From Acutalibacteraceae bacterium (lineage in GTDB: Bacteria > Bacillota > Clostridia > Oscillospirales > Acutalibacteraceae), in assembly GCA_045589555.1 (NCBI GenBank), contig JAZNPG010000138.1, positions 768-64,767 on the forward strand: a stretch of DNA of 64,000 nucleotides. The letters are read 5' to 3'. This document shows, piece by piece, positions 8,857-17,788 of the stretch. The notes beneath the pieces were generated by a model. That model was not told where the DNA came from. It saw only the letters and a program-made list of their open reading frames with translations, and did not search any database. Position 1 is the first letter of the stretch. Every line of letters begins with the position of its first letter. The position numbers were made by a program, and so were the translations under genes.

Positions 8857-9426
8857 TTAGTTTCCTGAATAACCGAAAAGGTTACACGATGCATACTTTG
8901 TAAGCTTGACATTCTTGAATCCGAAAACACCGAACCGAAGATTGACAACATAGATTATTTCTGCTTTGACGGTTCCGTTTTTCGCGGCGTTTCCGTCAAG
9001 ATTTATCACTACACTGTCAATATGCATTTTTTTCAAACTTTCTTTTTCAGTTTCGCCTGTCAAATAATAATAAAACAACTTTTCAAAGGTTTTTTGCTGT
9101 TGCGACGCTGATGACTGGTGATATGTTTTAAGCAAGTCTGAAGAAATTCCATCGAATCCGAAAAGGTTCAGAAAAGGATTTAATACTGATGCAACGTTAT
9201 CAACCATCCCGACGGTTTCGGTATTCTTTGAATTCGTAAGCTCTTTTACCATATTATCTGCCGCAATTGACTGAACCGTTTGCGTAGCTGCGTGAGATAC
9301 TGCATTCTGCGTTGCAAAAACACCTGCAAAATTCCATATGAACAGCATAAAAAAGATCAGGAAAAAGAGAACTATGGATGCTTCAACGACCAAAACGCCG
9401 TTTTCGTTTTTAAACTTTTTCATCAC
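8857..9426 (-). CDS. TadE-like minor pilin / pilus assembly protein
   Basis: N-terminus NGVLVVEASIVLFFLIFFMLF resembles the TadE N-terminal hydrophobic motif with Glu. Confidence 0.65.
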   Translation of the reverse strand: MMKKFKNENGVLVVEASIVLFFLIFFMLFIWNFAGVFATQNAVSHAATQTVQSIAADNMVKELTNSKNTETVGMVDNVASVLNPFLNLFGFDGISSDLLKTYHQSSASQQQKTFEKLFYYYLTGETEKESLKKMHIDSVVINLDGNAAKNGTVKAEIIYVVNLRFGVFGFKNVKLTKYASCNLFGYSGN

Positions 9427-9435
9427 ACGCCCTCC

Positions 9436-12400
9436 TTAATATCCGACATATTCCAAGCCGTAAAGCTCGGGGAAGGAGTTTCCTGACGAGCCAAGCGAGA
9501 ACATAGGAAGCATGGTTTTATAAGACGCCTTGACTTCAGAGCGGATATATGTTGAAGCATCTTTAATCATGAATGTTGCCGTTCCGCTGTTTTTCTTAGA
9601 TTCATAGTATCTTGTTTCAAGCTGCATAAGGTTTGCCACATTCGTCAGCTTTTTATTCATGCCTACGAACAGCAAAAGAATATACAGATACTGGTCATAA
9701 TCCAGCGGAACATATCCGTTCTTTTTATCGTCTTCGCTCGGTTCACTTTCTGTTTTCGGGTTGCAAACCTTACACGGCGTATAGTTCTCATTAACTGCTT
9801 CGCTGATCGTTTTTTTTGTAAGTCCTACTCCGTTGGGGTTTATCTGGATCATATGGCAAGTTTCGTCCTTATGATATCTTTTTCCGTTTCCGCTTGAAGC
9901 AACCCAAACCTTGGTTGAATCAAAGTCACCTATTTCAGACAAAATCTTTGCAAGACCCTCTGCCGAAAGGTGTATATCCTTTTTCCAGAAAGGAACCTTT
10001 TCTCCGATAACAACAAGATAGTTCATATCGATGTTTGTTTCGAGATAAAGCATTGCGATAAACATAAGCGGTGCAAAAAGATTGCACGAAGATACAAGCG
10101 ACATTGCCTGAGAATCCATCAGAATCTGAACGCAGTTAACAACAGCTCGAATTCCGAAAAGAAGCCAGAAGGTTTTTATCTGGTTGTTTTTTTCGCTATT
10201 ATCGCCCCAAAGGCAGTATTCTATACAGCAACTGCTGAAATAGGATTCGCCATCCAAGCTTTCGGTATCTGGAGGAACAAGGGTCGCCCCTTCAATTGCC
10301 GAATTCATTCGGCTCGGAAACTTCTGAGTAATGTATGTGTTTATAAGAAGCGCATGATAGGTTTGAGTTACAATATCAGCAACAACGCTTGCTATGCTGG
10401 AAATTAATCCTGTAATAGCCTCAACCGCTTCCCTGATTGTTTGAATCAGCTTTTTGATTTTCTTTATGAGTTTTCCGAGACCGGTGCTCTTGTTTTCATC
10501 TGCTTCATTATAGATTCCCTCTGTTTTTCCTTCCTCTCCAAAAAGAGATTCCGTTTTACTTTGAAAATCCGATGAGCCGCTTCCAAGCAATTCATTGTCC
10601 GCTCCAACAATTGAATCGTAAAACTCACCAAGTTCTGCATCGCTGGTAACCTTACCCGTAAGGTTGTCAACATAGCTTTTATCACCGGCATTATATCTTC
10701 CTTCTGCCTGATCAAGCTCTTTTATAAGCTTGCCGATTGAATGTTCACTCAGGGTCATGCAATACGAGCTGTCATAAGGCGACGGTACAGGATTCAGGAT
10801 TTCAAGAACTTTTTTGGCAGCTTTCCATAAATTACCTATATCAAGTTGGGAACCGGAATCACCCACGATATCGCTCAACTCATCACAGTTGGATTTATTT
10901 TCATCTCCTTCTGTTGAACTTTCATCAACCTTAATTACCTCTGTATTATAAAGAGTGTCTATAAGCGTGAAATCTCGGCTGACTCTTCCTTTGAGCTTAT
11001 CATTAGATATGCCAACCTGAATGCCGCCGTTAACCGTATCGATTCCCGTATCGGAATTATGGCTACGGTATGTTATTTTTGATCCGTCTGTAGTTGAAAC
11101 ATTGCTTATAAGTGTACCCAAAAATGCTGCCGTGCTTCTCGCTGCGGTTGCCTTCGATTTGAAATCACTGATAACGGCATCGAGATTTTTTTCAACCTCG
11201 CTTGAGTTTGAACCAAGCGATTCAGCATCTGACACTTGTTTGCCTGAACTGTCTTTACCTTCAAGATCAACATTATCCTTATATTCATCTTTTGCAGTAT
11301 GGATTGTGCCTTTGCCATTTTCTCCGGCGCCGGCCGCAATTTCAAGAGCTGCTGCATAATCTTCAAAAAGTGACTTTGCTTTTTGAAGGTCGGTAACATA
11401 CTCGACAGCTTTGGAATTTATTGAACTGTTATGACCTGCAAGCGCATTGTTATAGTTAATGCACTCCTGATTCAATTTGCTTACAAGCGATTGTTTAGCG
11501 ATCGCTTTGCCTTTTGTTTTAAGATCACTGTTATAACTGGAAATATATGAATCCGATGATGTTGAGTCATATCCACTTACATCTGCATAATATTCCAATT
11601 CATAATAATTTGTCGGCGCGGGAGAGTTGGGCCACAGAGCATCAATCGCATCCGTGAGATAAACCGTTTCATTGCTCGTGCCGCTTTTTTCAGGAATGCT
11701 TACTTCTCCTGTCTTGAGATTATACGCATCATCCCTGTAACCCGGAGTTACGGAAAAAGTATACTTTGTAGGAGAAAGACTGTATCTTCCGTTTATTGAT
11801 GCGCCGTCCGGATTATCCTCTGTCGGCTTGTTATTATCGTTCTCAAGAAATTTCATAACGGCCGCTTTATACAGATCATCTTTGCTGACTGTGCCTGTAC
11901 TTCCGACTTTGATTGCAACCGCTTTATCATAGGTAGGTTTGGGATCGGGGTTATTCGCAAGGAAGTCTCTCTTATCGTCAATAGCTTTTACATATGCCGC
12001 ATATCTTCCTTCATAGCCCGTAAGTTTAGAATAATCAGGCGGTGTTCCGTTATTGGGGATTGCACCGTTGCCGTCACTCGTATCAGAATCCCTGATATAA
12101 TCTGACAAAATATCATCATGAGCATAGTCTTTTTTGCTGTAATCCTGACCAAAATAGGTGTTGATTTCAAACGCCCTGTACTCTGCTCTGCCTATAGAAT
12201 AGAAAGCCTTATCCAATGTGGTTACGCTTTCGTCTGTTTCATCTATAAGGTTATTTATGAAATCCTTGGCCTTATCTGCCAAATTTGTTATAGGATCAAA
12301 TAAGCTTCCCAGGTCAAGCTTGTTTGATAAAATTTCATAAGGAACCGAATATTTGGCGTATTCAAGAATCTGTCTTTTTAAAACATCATAATCCGAAAGA

Positions 12401-12738
12401 TTATAAATCGATTCATATTTAATGTTGCTGTCGAGGTTATAAAGCTTCGATGTGTTTCCGCCTTCTGCGTCAGAATTATAGCGGAGCATTGAACTGTAAG
12501 TTTCTGCCTGTGTTCCGTCAGGATCGATTGCGAGGATACCGAATCGGTCAAAAAGATAGGTGTTGAAATTCGCAAGAACAGACATGGACGCTGTTATCTG
12601 TGCATCGGCAAGAGTCTGCCTTGCGCTGACAAACCTGCCCATTTCCATTATCAATGTTCCGAAAGAAAGGAGCGGAATCAGAAGAAGCGAAACCATAACA
12701 GTGATAATACCGGAGGATTTATTTTGATTATTTTTCAC
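9436..12738 (-). CDS. giant TadG-like pilus-associated protein (1100 aa)
   Basis: GTG start. The N-terminus SSGIITVMVSLLLIPLLSFGTLIMEMGRF resembles the TadG/Tad N-terminal motif. The large central region has no recognised domain. The C-terminal part has hydrophobic segments and a Cys/His motif (YHKDETCH...PCKVCNP). Confidence 0.6.
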   Translation of the reverse strand: MKNNQNKSSGIITVMVSLLLIPLLSFGTLIMEMGRFVSARQTLADAQITASMSVLANFNTYLFDRFGILAIDPDGTQAETYSSMLRYNSDAEGGNTSKLYNLDSNIKYESIYNLSDYDVLKRQILEYAKYSVPYEILSNKLDLGSLFDPITNLADKAKDFINNLIDETDESVTTLDKAFYSIGRAEYRAFEINTYFGQDYSKKDYAHDDILSDYIRDSDTSDGNGAIPNNGTPPDYSKLTGYEGRYAAYVKAIDDKRDFLANNPDPKPTYDKAVAIKVGSTGTVSKDDLYKAAVMKFLENDNNKPTEDNPDGASINGRYSLSPTKYTFSVTPGYRDDAYNLKTGEVSIPEKSGTSNETVYLTDAIDALWPNSPAPTNYYELEYYADVSGYDSTSSDSYISSYNSDLKTKGKAIAKQSLVSKLNQECINYNNALAGHNSSINSKAVEYVTDLQKAKSLFEDYAAALEIAAGAGENGKGTIHTAKDEYKDNVDLEGKDSSGKQVSDAESLGSNSSEVEKNLDAVISDFKSKATAARSTAAFLGTLISNVSTTDGSKITYRSHNSDTGIDTVNGGIQVGISNDKLKGRVSRDFTLIDTLYNTEVIKVDESSTEGDENKSNCDELSDIVGDSGSQLDIGNLWKAAKKVLEILNPVPSPYDSSYCMTLSEHSIGKLIKELDQAEGRYNAGDKSYVDNLTGKVTSDAELGEFYDSIVGADNELLGSGSSDFQSKTESLFGEEGKTEGIYNEADENKSTGLGKLIKKIKKLIQTIREAVEAITGLISSIASVVADIVTQTYHALLINTYITQKFPSRMNSAIEGATLVPPDTESLDGESYFSSCCIEYCLWGDNSEKNNQIKTFWLLFGIRAVVNCVQILMDSQAMSLVSSCNLFAPLMFIAMLYLETNIDMNYLVVIGEKVPFWKKDIHLSAEGLAKILSEIGDFDSTKVWVASSGNGKRYHKDETCHMIQINPNGVGLTKKTISEAVNENYTPCKVCNPKTESEPSEDDKKNGYVPLDYDQYLYILLLFVGMNKKLTNVANLMQLETRYYESKKNSGTATFMIKDASTYIRSEVKASYKTMLPMFSLGSSGNSFPELYGLEYVGY

Positions 12739-12753
12739 TCTGCCATCCCTTTC

Positions 12754-13431
12754 TTAAAACTGACCAAAATATTTGTTGTAGAAATCTTTGATTGCATCAA
12801 CAACATCCGAAACGCTTTTCGCCGTCGAATCAAAAGTTTCGTCAATAAGATTTGATACAACGGAGGCTGTGCTGCCCGTATCAAGAATATCAAAGCACTG
12901 TGCTCTGCCGACAGCCTCAACTTCGATTCTGGAATCAACGATCCCGAAAAACCTTATAAACGGCAAATCGTAAGTAGCTCTGATTGTTACAACAACGGAT
13001 TTTTGCATTATTGAACCGGGAACCTTTTCAAAATCGGTGTTGATTGTCATTCCGGCACTTTCTTTATATAGTCTGCTTGATTTAAGACGGTAGCGCGAAT
13101 ACCAGCCTGCCTTGGTTTCAACTGAAGACTCGAGCTTACCGTGAGCCTCTCCCAAGCTTCCTATCGCATTTGAAATTGTTCTGTAATATTCTGTATCACT
13201 CAACTGTTTAGGGGTAACAAAACCAATAAAAGGATCCTTGGTATAAGTTGAATAAATCTGACCTGCACTGGATGCGGTTTCGTTTGCGATAACCTGCAAC
13301 GACGTTTGCTGATACATAATAAAACCAAGATACATCATTACAAAAATAACCATAAGAACAATCGGAACCACTATTGAAGCCTCAACCACAGTTGAACCGC
13401 TTTCTTTTTTTGTAAATTCTTTTATACTCAT
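12754..13431 (-). CDS. TadE-like minor pilin / pilus assembly protein
   Basis: N-terminus SGSTVVEASIVVPIVLMVIFVMMYLGF (TadE-type motif). Confidence 0.65.
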   Translation of the reverse strand: MSIKEFTKKESGSTVVEASIVVPIVLMVIFVMMYLGFIMYQQTSLQVIANETASSAGQIYSTYTKDPFIGFVTPKQLSDTEYYRTISNAIGSLGEAHGKLESSVETKAGWYSRYRLKSSRLYKESAGMTINTDFEKVPGSIMQKSVVVTIRATYDLPFIRFFGIVDSRIEVEAVGRAQCFDILDTGSTASVVSNLIDETFDSTAKSVSDVVDAIKDFYNKYFGQF

Positions 13432-13455
13432 AAAAACTCCTCACAGAAGTACAAA

Positions 13456-14826
13456 TCAGATATTCCAGAAATACATTCTGATATATACCCAGTATCCGTT
13501 ATCGAATTTTACAAGGCAAACGCCATCTGAATTGAAATAGCCTGCATTAACAAGGTTAAGGTCAAGCACAACAGTACCGCTTTCATTGATGAAATCCCAT
13601 TTTTCGCCATCGCTGACCGCTGCAAATCCGTTGGAGAAAGATTTTGCATCGGCAAACTTGGGCTCGATCATGGTTTTGCCGCTTGCATCTGCATAGCCCC
13701 ATTTATTATTAAGCTTGAACGCAAACCATACCTGACCCTTGTTGGAGCCTGTTGCAGCATCAATCGGGAGCTTACAGTCATCGCACTTGAAGCTGTTGTT
13801 TGCGGTAATGCTTACCGCCTCAGGCTTATCGGCATTATAGCTGACATTGATAATGCTGTATTTGCCGCCGCTCTTTGCAAGAATCATGCCGCCCGAAACG
13901 CATTCCTCTGCAGTATTAAGCTTGATATCTTCATAAGTAGTGTTTGAAAGAGGCTGGAATTTTTTGTTGATAAGAATCCACTTGCCGCTCGTTTCCTGAA
14001 CTGCAGCAACACCGTAGCTGAATCTGCCTGCATAAGCATAATCCTTGGAAACCTTTTCACCCTGATTGTTATAATAAGCATATTTATCGCCGATTCTGCA
14101 TGCAATATTGCCTTCAGCAATGCCGCTGCTTGATTCGATATTATCGGGCAGATATTTCTGTCTTACTCCGTCAGAGCTTAATATAAATACCTTATTGTTC
14201 TTCTTTGCAACGGTGTGACCGTCTGCCGAATACGGAGCAATGAAATCGCAGCCGCTGAGAACAGTTGCAAATGATTCCGTAACTGAATAGTGGTTGCCGA
14301 GCTCCTGAATAACATAATAGCCGTTGGTCAGGTCAATATAATCCGAATATGTTGCATGCTGTCTTTCGTAAAGATAACGGACTTTTGCTTTCACATCGTC
14401 AAGAGCCTTTGAGGAAACCTCATTACCCTGTGCAGCAAGAAGAGCGTTTGAAAGCTCATCATAATCGGTTACTGAATAGAAATAGTTGCAGGCCGCTTCA
14501 TAAGCCTTGGGGTCTTTTCTGTAAACAGACATTGTATCAAGAAGCATTGAAACAAGATTACCGTCGCTCGAAAGCTCACCGTTTTCAATAGCCTTCTTGT
14601 TCATTTCAACAATTTTGATTCGCAGGTCAAGCGAGTCCTCATATGTAAGCGCAATTTCATATTCAGCAATTGCTTTTCTGTAAAGCTGCTCTTTTTCAAA
14701 GCTTTTGCCCGCATTAAGATGGTTCTCATATCCGTTGGAATCCGATGAAACGGTTGAAAGTCCCATATACCACGCAAGCGCAACCGCAACAACAAGAACT
14801 ATACATACAATTGTTTTGTTTTTCAT
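13456..14826 (-). CDS. membrane-anchored WG-repeat protein
   Basis: N-terminal TM helix. Repeated segments of the type NKWGYADASGKTMIEPKFADAKSFSNGFAAV and GKWILINKKFQPL are typical of WG-containing beta-repeat proteins. Confidence 0.65.
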   Translation of the reverse strand: MKNKTIVCIVLVVAVALAWYMGLSTVSSDSNGYENHLNAGKSFEKEQLYRKAIAEYEIALTYEDSLDLRIKIVEMNKKAIENGELSSDGNLVSMLLDTMSVYRKDPKAYEAACNYFYSVTDYDELSNALLAAQGNEVSSKALDDVKAKVRYLYERQHATYSDYIDLTNGYYVIQELGNHYSVTESFATVLSGCDFIAPYSADGHTVAKKNNKVFILSSDGVRQKYLPDNIESSSGIAEGNIACRIGDKYAYYNNQGEKVSKDYAYAGRFSYGVAAVQETSGKWILINKKFQPLSNTTYEDIKLNTAEECVSGGMILAKSGGKYSIINVSYNADKPEAVSITANNSFKCDDCKLPIDAATGSNKGQVWFAFKLNNKWGYADASGKTMIEPKFADAKSFSNGFAAVSDGEKWDFINESGTVVLDLNLVNAGYFNSDGVCLVKFDNGYWVYIRMYFWNI

Positions 14827-14844
14827 ATTAACCGCTCCTCAATT

Positions 14845-15588
14845 TTAAAAGTTACCCATCAGCATAACCGCCGAATATCCAATAAGGATAAATGGGGCAA
14901 ACGGGAAAGCTCGTTTTTTGTCACGGTATTTTATAAGCAGGAAAATTCCTGCAACCGATGACGCAATAAGGCTGAAAAGCAAGGTGCCGAAGGTCGCAAG
15001 CGAGCTGGCTGAAAAGCCTATCACCGCAAAAAGCTTCGCATCACCGAAACCAACCGCTCCTCTTGAAACAAGACCCGCAATAAAAAGAATTCCGAATCCG
15101 AGACCGAAACCGATAAGGTCGCTGATGAACAGGTCTTTTATTATATTTCTGCACCACCAGAACTCAAGCAGATAGGTCAGCGCTCTGAGAGCAAGACCGA
15201 TAAGCACGAGCTTGTTGGGAATTATTTTCTTTTTGAAATCGATAAATGCGCTTGCCGCAATTATCACGAACACATAAAAAAGCTTGAAGTAGGATGTTAT
15301 TTCACGTCCCGTTCTGCCGAGAAAAACAACAGCTTCATTAACGGGAGCTGCCGCTGCATTAAAGTTAACAGTGTGCTTGCCGATTGCCGCAGCAATTGCA
15401 AACGCAGCAAAAGCAAACGCAAGAAGGATGATTATTGTCTGCGTTTTGTCGTAGGGAACAAATTCCTTTTTGCTCTCCTCTTCACCTGCAGGAGCAGGCT
15501 TCATATCACAAACGCCGAAGGCCTTAAGCGCAACCCAGACAAGAGCCGTGCCGATAAGCGCCGATGCGGCGTATAACAAATAAATCAT
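14845..15588 (-). CDS. tadV: A24-family prepilin peptidase (TadV/CpaA type, no N-terminal Cys domain)
   Basis: First Asp motif IDFKKKIIPN and second Asp motif GFGDAKLF in a polytopic membrane protein. Confidence 0.8.
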   Translation of the reverse strand: MIYLLYAASALIGTALVWVALKAFGVCDMKPAPAGEEESKKEFVPYDKTQTIIILLAFAFAAFAIAAAIGKHTVNFNAAAAPVNEAVVFLGRTGREITSYFKLFYVFVIIAASAFIDFKKKIIPNKLVLIGLALRALTYLLEFWWCRNIIKDLFISDLIGFGLGFGILFIAGLVSRGAVGFGDAKLFAVIGFSASSLATFGTLLFSLIASSVAGIFLLIKYRDKKRAFPFAPFILIGYSAVMLMGNF

Positions 15589-15643
15589 TGTAAAATCTCC
15601 TCATATTTCCGATGAAAAAACAGTTGTCGCGGAGGGGGATATT

Positions 15644-15666
15644 CCTCCCCGCACAAGGCGGGGAGG
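15644..15666 (-). terminator. intercistronic stem-loop downstream of the pilin gene (partial terminator / stabiliser)
   Basis: cctccccgc-acaag-gcggggagg forms a perfect 9-bp GC-rich stem with a 5-nt loop, 20 nt after the pilin stop. No immediate U-run; a T6 run lies about 30 nt further on the minus strand. Confidence 0.5.
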
Positions 15667-15685
15667 AAACAGATAGAATGCTTAA

Positions 15686-15931
15686 TTAAAGGCCCTGCAT
15701 ACCATCAGTACCACCTGTTGCTTCGCCCAAACTGCCTGCAATTTCACTCCAGATCTGGTTGACCATCTTAGTGATACTCTTTCTGAAGATAACTACGAGA
15801 GCGATAACGATAGCAAGAATAAGGATAACGGCGATAATGTTAGCCTCACCCTTTTCATTCTTAAGGAAACTGTCCATCTTCATTTTTGCCTCAACATACT
15901 TTGCGATGAGGAAATTCTGAAAATCCTGCAT
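15686..15931 (-). CDS. Flp-like / class III signal peptide pilin candidate
   Basis: 81 aa with a strong AGGAGG RBS. A charged leader ends in KNEKG, followed by EANIIAVILILAIVIALVVIF. The position between tadC and tadV supports the call. The canonical Flp G/xxxxEY motif is absent. Confidence 0.6.
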   Translation of the reverse strand: MQDFQNFLIAKYVEAKMKMDSFLKNEKGEANIIAVILILAIVIALVVIFRKSITKMVNQIWSEIAGSLGEATGGTDGMQGL

Positions 15932-16045
15932 TTCTTTTCACCTCCTTATAACAACAATTCAACCTCATGGCGGAGATGCCATCCGCATTTCTCCGCAACA
16001 GGTATTATTTTTATTTTCAAGCCGCCCCTGCGGCACGAAAATCAA

Positions 16046-16912
16046 TCAAAGATTGCTCATAATCGGTAACATGATCATTATGAGAATACCGATAAACATA
16101 ACAAGAATGGGAATAAGCAGCTTGCCCGATGCTTTTTCGCCCTCCTGAAGCAGCTTCTGCTGCTTGAGCTCCCACATTTCGTCGGATTGCTCTTTAAGAG
16201 TAAACGCAAGGTCACTGCTTCCCTTATCAAGACCCTGAATAACCATGGAAACAAATTTAGAAATTTCAGGTGTTGCACAACGTCTTGCCATTGCGCTGAA
16301 GGCATCAGCTTCAGCCATACCGTTATTTCTGTCCTCGGTAACTTTTTTCATCTGCTCATGCATTTCGGTGTTATCGCTGTTTGCAACAAGGTCCCATGCT
16401 TCTCTGAGCACCATACCTGCATTAACCAGAAGAGCAAGAGTGGAAACAATTGAGGGGAATTCGCTGATATATCTTTTGCTGAGTTTTTTGATTGTTTCAT
16501 GAGCCTGAGTCATGAAATAATAATAAACAACAAAAGCCACAACTGCAGAAAGCGCAAACATAATGAGAACCGAATCGGTTTCCATGAAGCAACTTAAAAG
16601 TGCCATAACAACAAAAACTGCCATTGCAAGTGAGAAACGCTGGGCATAGAAAACACGCAGATAATAATCGCCGTATTTTTCACCGTAAAGGATAACCGCT
16701 TCTCTGCGGAGTTTTATTGCGCCCTTGCTTGTATATTTGAAATTTGCCATTTCAAGCAGCTTGAAGCCTGCGCCGTATAAAAATTTAAGCGGAAAGCTTT
16801 TTTCATCCAGCGGCTCAATAAGCGGGTCATACGCCGAGGAGGTTGCAAGCAGGAAAATAAACGCTGCGGTAGCAAGAGTTGCTATAACAAGAACAAAAAT
16901 TGTAACTAACAT
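16046..16912 (-). CDS. tadC: TadC-like type II secretion system F-family membrane protein
   Basis: Size, TM topology and position after the tadB-like gene (3-nt gap). Confidence 0.7.
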   Translation of the reverse strand: MLVTIFVLVIATLATAAFIFLLATSSAYDPLIEPLDEKSFPLKFLYGAGFKLLEMANFKYTSKGAIKLRREAVILYGEKYGDYYLRVFYAQRFSLAMAVFVVMALLSCFMETDSVLIMFALSAVVAFVVYYYFMTQAHETIKKLSKRYISEFPSIVSTLALLVNAGMVLREAWDLVANSDNTEMHEQMKKVTEDRNNGMAEADAFSAMARRCATPEISKFVSMVIQGLDKGSSDLAFTLKEQSDEMWELKQQKLLQEGEKASGKLLIPILVMFIGILIMIMLPIMSNL

Positions 16913-16915
16913 AGC

Positions 16916-17776
16916 TTACACCTCGATTTTCATAACTGCTCTTCCAACAAAGAATGCCGCAACAAAAAGACCGATGGCAATTGTTGTTGAAATCAGACCC
17001 GTGGGAGATACAAAGTTATCGGCAAATCCGCCGTCAGAGAATTTCAGCATTGCAATAAGTCCGACAGGCATAACAAGCATAATATAGAGCTCGTTCTTGC
17101 TCGAAGTGATTTTGGTTTCAATTTCAGCTTCAATAAGAATTTTTTTGCAGAGAATATCATGAGTGTTACGGATAACATCTTTCATGTTGGCACCTCTGCG
17201 ATAGGATGTTTCAAAAACCTTGCCGAAGTTTTCAATATCCTTTATGCGGCTTCTTCTGCCGAAATCAGCAAGCATATCTTCAATCGGAACGCTGTTGCGA
17301 AGACCCTCAATGATAACATCAAGTTCACCGATTATATAGGAATCCTCGGAAAACTGAACTGCAAGATCTTCTCGTGAGGCTTCAAAAGCCTGAGGAACAT
17401 TTTTACCTGCCGCAATTGAGGTTGAAAGCGAATCGAGCAGCGAAATAAACTGTGTGCGCAACTGATTCTTTCTGCTCTTTATTATCTGATCTGCTCTTAT
17501 CGGGAGAAAAGCTCTGCCGAAAAGGAAACCCGCAATTGCCGAAATAACAACGTTGCATATGTAGGTTATCATTGTCGGTCCGTATGCGTCCTGACCGATA
17601 CCGCCGTAGAATATGTAGCCTACGAAAGCACCGACCGCAAAAGCAAGCGCAAAATAAAGAAGCTTTTCTTTCTTCTTCATGTAATAAACGCCGTAGTTGT
17701 AAACCGAAGTATTGATAGCCGAATATAAAAACTCGGGCTCCGGCTCCGGCTTGTTTTTCTTTTTAAAAAGCCCCAT
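16916..17776 (-). CDS. tadB: TadB-like type II secretion system F-family membrane protein
   Basis: Size, TM topology and position directly after the CpaF/TadA ATPase gene. Confidence 0.7.
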   Translation of the reverse strand: MGLFKKKNKPEPEPEFLYSAINTSVYNYGVYYMKKKEKLLYFALAFAVGAFVGYIFYGGIGQDAYGPTMITYICNVVISAIAGFLFGRAFLPIRADQIIKSRKNQLRTQFISLLDSLSTSIAAGKNVPQAFEASREDLAVQFSEDSYIIGELDVIIEGLRNSVPIEDMLADFGRRSRIKDIENFGKVFETSYRRGANMKDVIRNTHDILCKKILIEAEIETKITSSKNELYIMLVMPVGLIAMLKFSDGGFADNFVSPTGLISTTIAIGLFVAAFFVGRAVMKIEV

Positions 17777-17788
17777 TGATTACCCTCC

